Shown piece by piece: positions 57,227-64,000 of a stretch of DNA of 64,000 bases. Location: contig OZ176050.1 of NCBI GenBank assembly GCA_964247055.1, forward strand, positions 1,736,001 through 1,800,000, given 5' to 3'. This DNA comes from Paragordius varius. Its lineage: Eukaryota; Animalia; Nematomorpha. The position numbers and the translations under genes are program-made. The notes under the pieces are model-generated. The model searched no databases. It had not been told where the DNA came from and was given only the letters and a program-made list of their open reading frames with translations. How positions within the stretch are numbered: the first letter of the stretch is position 1; every line of letters begins with the position of its first letter.

Positions 57227-60077
57227 ACTCAAGTTAAATTTTGTCCTTAAAAATGGGATATTGGTCACCGGTGAACAAAACTATTTTTTATACATTCTCT
57301 TAGTAAGACTACATCAAAATATAGAGATAGTTTGACAAACTATTTCATATCCGATTTTTACAACGATACATTAGAAATTAATGTATAAAACTAATCGCAT
57401 CAATACTCAAATTAAACTTTGTCCTTAAAAATCGGATATTGGCCAATGGTGAACAAAATTATTTTTTATACATTCTCTTAGTAGCACTACATCAAAATAT
57501 AGAGATAGTTTGGCAAACTTTTTCATAATCGATTTTTACAACGATACTTTAAAAATTAATGTATAAAACTAGTCGCATCAATACTCAAGTTAAACTTTGT
57601 CCTTAAAAATCGGATATTGGTCACCGTTGAACAAAATTATTTTTTATACGTTCTCTTAGTAGGACTACATCAAAATATAGAGATAGTTTGGCAAACTCTT
57701 TCATATCCGATTTTTACAACGATACTTTAAAAATTAAGGTATAAAACTAGTCGCATCAATACTGAAGTTAAACTTTGTCCTTAAAAATCGGATATTGGTC
57801 ACCGGTGAACAAAATTATTTTTTATACATTCTTTTAGTAAGACTACATCAAAATATAGAGATAGTTTGACAAACTCTTTCATATCCGATTTTTACAACGA
57901 TACTTTAAAAATTAATGTATAAAACTAGTCGTATCAATAAATCGCATCAATACTCAAGTTAAACTTTGTCCTTAAAAATCGGATATTGGTCACCGGTGAA
58001 CAAAATTATTTTTTATACATTCTCTTAGTAGGACTACATCAAAATATAGAGATAGTTTGGCAAACTCTTTCTTATCCGATTTTTACAACGATACTTTAAA
58101 AATTATGGAATTAAACCAGTCGCATCAATACTCAAGTTAAACTTTGTAATTAAAAATCGTATTGGTCACCGGTGAACAAAACTATTTTTTATACATTCTC
58201 TTAGTAAGACTACATCAAAATATAGAGATAGTTTGACAAACTGTTTCATATCCGATTTTTACAACGATACTTTAAAAATTAATGTATAAAACTAGTCGCA
58301 TCAATACTCAAGTTAAATTATGTCCTTAAAAATGGGATATTGGTCACCGGTGAACAAAACTATTTTGTATACATTCTCTTAGTAAGACTACATCAAAATA
58401 TAGAGATAGTTAGACAAACTATTTCATATCCGATTTTTACAACGATACTTTAAAAATTAATGTATAAAACTAGTCGCATCAATACGCAAGTTAAACTTTG
58501 TCCTTAAAAATTGGATATTGGTCACCGGTTAACAAAATTATTTTTTATACATTCTTTTAGTAAGACTACATCAAAATATAGATATAGTTTGACAAATTCT
58601 TTCATATCCGATTTTTACAACGATACTTTAAAAATTAATGTATTTAACTAGTCGCATCAATACTCAAGTTAAACTTTGTCCTTAAAAATCGGATATTGGT
58701 CACCGGTGAACAAAATTATTTTTTATACATTCTCTTAGCAAGACTACATCAAAATATAGAGATAGTTTGACAAACTCTTTCATATCCGATTTTTACAACG
58801 ATACTTTAAAAATTAATGTATAAAACTAGTCGTATCAATAAATCGCATCAATACTCAAGTTAAACCTTGTCCTTAAAAATCGGATATTGGTCACCGGTGA
58901 ACAAAATTATTTTTTATACATTCTCTTAGTAGGACTACATCAAAATATAGAGATAGTTTGGCAAACTCTTTCATATCCGATTTTTACAACGATACTTTAA
59001 AAATTATGGTATTAAACCAGTCGCATCAATACTCAAGTTAAACTTTGTCCTTAAAAATCGGATATTGGTCTCCGGTGAACAAAATTATTTTTTATACATT
59101 CTCTTAGTAAGACTACATCAAAATATAGAAATAGTTTGACAAATTCTATCATATCCGATTTTTACAACGATACTTTATAAATTATGGTATTAAACCAGTC
59201 GCATCATACTCAAGTTAAACTTTGTCCTTAAAAATCGGATATTGGTCACCGGTGAACAAAACTATTTTTTATACATTCTCTTGGTAAGACTACATCAAAA
59301 TATAGAGATAGTTTGACAAACTCTTTCATATCCGATTTTTACAACGATACTTTAAAAATTATGGTATTAAACCAGTCGCATTAATACTCAAGTAAAACTT
59401 TGTCCTTAAAAATCGGATATTGGTCACCGGTGAACAAAATTATTTTATATACATTCTCTTAGTAAGACTACATAAAAATATAGAGATAGTTTGACAAACT
59501 CTTTCATATCCGATTTTTACAACGATACTTTAAAAATTAATGTATTAAACTAGTCGCAACAATACTCAAGTTAAACTTTGTCCTTTAAAATCGGATATTG
59601 ATCACCGGTGAACAAAATTATTTTTTATACATTCTCTTAGTAAGACTACATCAAAATATAGAAATAGTTTGACAAACTCTTTCATATCCGATATTACAAC
59701 GATACTTTAAAAATTAATGTATTAAACTAGTCGCATCAATACTCAAGCTAAACATTGTCCTTAAAAATCGGATATTGGTCACCGGTGAACAAAACTATTT
59801 TTTTTACATTCTCTTAGTAAGACTACATCAAAATATAGAGATAGTTTGACAAACTCTTTCATATCCGATTTTTACAACGATACTTTAAAAATTATGGTAT
59901 TAAACCAGTCGCATTAATACTCAAGTATAACTTTGTCCTTAAAAATCGGATATTGGTCACCGGTGAACAAAATTATTTTATATACATTCTCTTAGTAAGA
60001 CTACATCAAAATATAGAGATAGTTTGACAAACTCTTTCATATCCGATTTTTACAACGATACTTTAAAAATTAATGTG

Positions 60078-62598
60078 TTAAACTAGTCGCATCAATACTC
60101 AAATTAAACTTTGTCCTTACAAATAGTATATTGGTCACCGGTGAACAAAATTATTTTTTATACATTCTCTTAGTAGGACTACATCAAAATATAGAGATAG
60201 TTTGGCAAACTCTTTCATATCCGATTTTTACAACGATACTTTAAAAATTATGGTATTAAACCAGTCGCATCAATACTCAAGTTAAACTTTGTCCTTAAAA
60301 ATCGGATATTGGTCACCGGTGAACAAAATTATTTTTTATACATTCTCTTAGTAAGACTACATCAAAATATAGAGATAGTTTGACAAATTCATTCATATCC
60401 GATTTTTACAACAATATTTTAAAAATTATTAAAACTAGTCGCATCAATACTCAAGTTAAACTTTGTCCTTAAAAATCGGATATTGGTCACCGGTGAACAA
60501 AATTATTTTTTATACATTCTCTTAGTAAGACTACATCAAAATATAGAAATAGTTTGAAAAATTTTTTCATATCCGATTTTTACAACGATACTTTAAAAAT
60601 TAATGTATTTAACTAGTCGCATCAATACTCAAGTTAAACTTGGTCCTTAAAAATCGGATATTGGTCACCGGTGAACAAAATTATTTTTTATACATTCTCT
60701 TAGCAAGATGACATCAAAATATAGAGATAGTTTGACAAACTCCATATCCGATTTTTAGAACGATACTTTAAAAATTAATGTATAAAACTAGTCGTATCAA
60801 TAAATCGCATCAATACTCAAGTTAAACTTTGTGCTTAAAAATCGGATATTGGTCACCGGTGAACAAAATTATTTTTTATACATTCTCTTAGTAGGACTAC
60901 ATCAAAATATAGAGATAGTTTGGCAAACTCTTTCATATCCGATTTTTACAACGATACTTTAAAAATTATGGTATTAAACCAGTCGCATCAATACTCAAGT
61001 TAAACTTTGTCCTTAAAAATCGGATATTGGTCACCGGTGAACAAAATTATTTTTTATACATTCTATTAGTAAGACTACATCAAAATATAGAGATAGTTTG
61101 ACAAATTCATTCATATCCGATTTTTACAACGATATTTTAAAAATTATTAAAACTAGTCGCATCAATACTCAAGTTAAACTTTGTCCTTAAAAATCGGATA
61201 TTGGTCACCGGTGAACAAAATTATTTTTTATACATTCTCTTAGTAGGACTACATCAAAATATAGAGATAGTTTGACAAACTCTTTCATATCCGATTTTTA
61301 TAACGATACTTTAAAAATTAATGTATTAAACTAGTCGCATCAATACTCAAATTAAACTTTGTCCTTACAAATAGTATATTGGTCACCGGTGAACAAAATT
61401 ATTTTTTATACATTCTCTTAGTAGGACTACATCAAAATATAGAGATAGTTTGGCAAACTCTTTCATATCCGATTTTTACAACGATACTTTAAAAATTATG
61501 GTATTAAACCAGTCGCATCAATACTCAAGTTAAACTTTGTCCTTAAAAATCGGATATTGGTCACCGGTGAACAAAATTATTTTTTATACATTCTCTTAGT
61601 AAGACTACATCAAAATATAGAGATAGTTTGACAAATTCATTCATATCCGATTTTTACAACAATATTTTAAAAATTATTAAAACTAGTCGCATCAATACTC
61701 AAGTTAAACTTTGTCCTTAAAAATCGGATATTGGTCACCGGTGAACAAAATTATTTTTTATACATTCTCTTAGTAAGACTACATCAAAATATAGAAATAG
61801 TTTGAAAAATTTTTTCATATCCGATTTTTACAACGATACTTTAAAAATTAATGTATTTAACTAGTCGCATCAATACTCAAGTTAAACTTGGTCCTTAAAA
61901 ATCGGATATTGGTCACCGGTGAACAAAATTATTTTTTATACATTCTCTTAGCAAGATGACATCAAAATATAGAGATAGTTTGACAAACTCCATATCCGAT
62001 TTTTAGAACGATACTTTAAAAATTAATGTATAAAACTAGTCGTATCAATAAATCGCATCAATACTCAAGTTAAACTTTGTGCTTAAAAATCGGATATTGG
62101 TCACCGGTGAACAAAATTATTTTTTATACATTCTCTTAGTAGGACTACATCAAAATATAGAGATAGTTTGGCAAACTCTTTCATATCCGATTTTTACAAC
62201 GATACTTTAAAAATTATGGTATTAAACCAGTCGCATCAATACTCAAGTTAAACTTTGTCCTTAAAAATCGGATATTGGTCACCGGTGAACAAAATTATTT
62301 TTTATACATTCTATTAGTAAGACTACATCAAAATATAGAGATAGTTTGACAAATTCATTCATATCCGATTTTTACAACTATATTTTAAAAATTATTAAAA
62401 CTAGTCGCATCAATACTCAAGTTAAACTTTGTCCTTAAAAATCGGATATTGGTCACCGGTGAACAAAATTATTTTTTATACATTCTCTTAGTAGGACTAC
62501 ATCAAAATATAGAGATAGTTTGACAAACTCTTTCATATCCGATTTTTATAACGATACTTTAAAAATTAATGTATTAAACTAGTCGCATCAATACTCAA
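60078..62598 (+). repeat. Tandem duplication of a 7-monomer, 1248-bp HOR
   Basis: CCTTACAAATAGTATATT occurs at 60120 and 61368 (offset 1248 = 178+178+174+175+191+178+174). GTTTGAAAAATTTTTT, ACTTGGTCC, GCAAGATGAC and CTATTAG each occur twice in register. I saw one difference (~62379). Confidence 0.9.
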
Positions 62599-64000
62599 GT
62601 TCAACTTTGTCCTTAAAAATCGGATATTGGTCACCTGTGAACAAAATTATTTTTTATACATTCTCTTAGCAAGACTACATCAAAATTTAGAGATAGTTTG
62701 ACAAACTCTTTCATATCCGTTTTTACAACGATACTTTAAAAATTAATGTATAAAACTAGTCGCATCAATACTCAAGTTAAATTTTGTCCTTAAAAATGGG
62801 ATATTAATCACCGGTGAACAAAACTATTTTTTATACATTCTCTTAGTAAGACTACATCAAAATTTAGAGATAGTTTGACAAACTCTTTCATATCCGATTT
62901 TTACAACGATACTTTAAAAATTAATGTATAAAAGTAGTCGCATCAATACTCAAGTCAAATTTTGTCCTTAAAAATGGGATATTGATCATCGGTGAACAAA
63001 ACTATTTTTTATACATTCTCTTAGCAAGACTACATCAAAATATTGAGATAGTTTGATTGACAAACTCTTTCATATCCGATTTTTACAACGATACTTTAAA
63101 AATTAATGTATTAAAATAGTCGCATCAATACTCAAGTTAAACTTTGTCCTTAAAAATCCGATATTGGTCACCGGTGAACAAAATTATTTTTTATACATTC
63201 TCTTAGCAAGACTACATCAAAATATAGAGATAGTTTGATTGACAAACTCTTTCATATCCGATTTTTACAACGATACTTTAAATGTATAAAACTAGTCGTA
63301 TAAATAAATCGCATCAATACTCAAGTTCAACTTTGTCCTTAAAAATCGGATATTGGTTACGGGTGAATAAAATTATTTTTTATACATTCTCTTAGCAAGA
63401 CTACATGAAAATATAGAGATAGTTTGACAAACTCTTTCATATCCGATTTTTAGAACGATACTTTAAAAATTAATGTATAAAAGTAGTCGCATCAATACTC
63501 AAGTCAAATTTGTCCTTAAAAATGGGATATTGGTCACCGGTGAACAAAATTATTTTTTATACATTCTCTTAGTAAGACTACATCAAAATATAGAAATAGT
63601 TTGACAAACTCTTTCATATCCGATTTTTACAACGATACTTTAAAAATTAATGTATTAAAATAGTCGCATCAATACTCAAGTTAAACTTTGTCCTTAAAAA
63701 TCGGATATTGGTCACCGGTGAACAAAATTATTTTTTATACATTCTCTTAGCAAGACTACATCAAAATATAGAGATAGTTTGATTGACAAACTCTTTCATA
63801 TCCGATTTTTACAACGATACTTTAAAAATTAATGTATAAAACTAGTCGTATAAATAAATCGCATCAATACTCAAGTTAAACTTTGTCCTTAAAAATCGGA
63901 TATTGGTCACCGGTGAACAAAATTATTTTTTATACATTCTCTTAGTAGGACTACATCAAAATATAGAGATAGTTTGGCAAACTCTTTCATATCCGATTTT

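Larger units (their letters stand above)
1..64000 (+). repeat. Tandem satellite DNA array with a ~178-bp monomer (length classes 158/178/191 bp), all head-to-tail in one orientation; probable centromeric/pericentromeric heterochromatin
   Basis: The motifs ATATCCGATTTTTACAACGATAC, TTGGTCACCGGTGAACAA and CATCAAAATATAGAGATAG recur every ~160-190 bp from base 1 to base 64000, with no intervening non-repeat sequence and no reversed copy seen. Monomer starts (GATTTTT) at 1, 159, 337, 528, 706, 897, 1075 give lengths 158, 178, 191, 178, 191, 178. The array runs off both ends of the window. The centromeric label is inference from monomer size and organisation. Confidence 0.99.

Noticed and set aside
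1-64000. CRISPR array
   Set aside because: There are no unique spacers. The whole 158-191-bp unit is repeated, and there are no cas genes or leader.
1-64000. Telomeric or subtelomeric repeat motifs
   Set aside because: I saw no TTAGG, TTAGGG or TTTAGGG runs on either strand.

Overview
The whole 64-kb window is one uninterrupted, head-to-tail, single-orientation array of an AT-rich satellite DNA: about 28% GC in a counted monomer and roughly 355-360 monomers. I find no genes, RNA genes, transposon insertions, inversions, CRISPR arrays or unique sequence. The five listed ORFs are by-products of deletions that remove stop codons. There are three main monomer length classes: 178 bp (canonical), 191 bp (13-bp internal tandem duplication) and 158 bp (20-bp deletion at a TA microhomology). 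The monomer is rich in dyad symmetry, with a 14-bp inverted repeat, an 18-bp quasi-palindrome, 13-bp and 11-bp palindromes, and an 11-bp inverted repeat. Diagnostic SNPs and indels, traced by eye, resolve the array into domains with nested higher-order repeats (HORs). These are a 34-mer duplicated and then trimmed by in-register deletions (0.9-12.1 kb), a variable 6-10-mer HOR (18-35 kb), a domain with no 158-bp monomers (36-42 kb), a 4.17-kb near-identical duplication (47.6/53.1 kb), a 7-mer tandem duplication (60.1-62.6 kb), and an older 13.7-15.6-kb-offset paralogy (43.5-48 vs 57.2-63.6 kb). This looks like eukaryotic centromeric or pericentromeric satellite DNA. I do not recognise the family or organism, and centromere function cannot be shown from sequence. 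I see no new protein-coding system. The interest lies in the monomer's secondary-structure potential and the readable record of array evolution.
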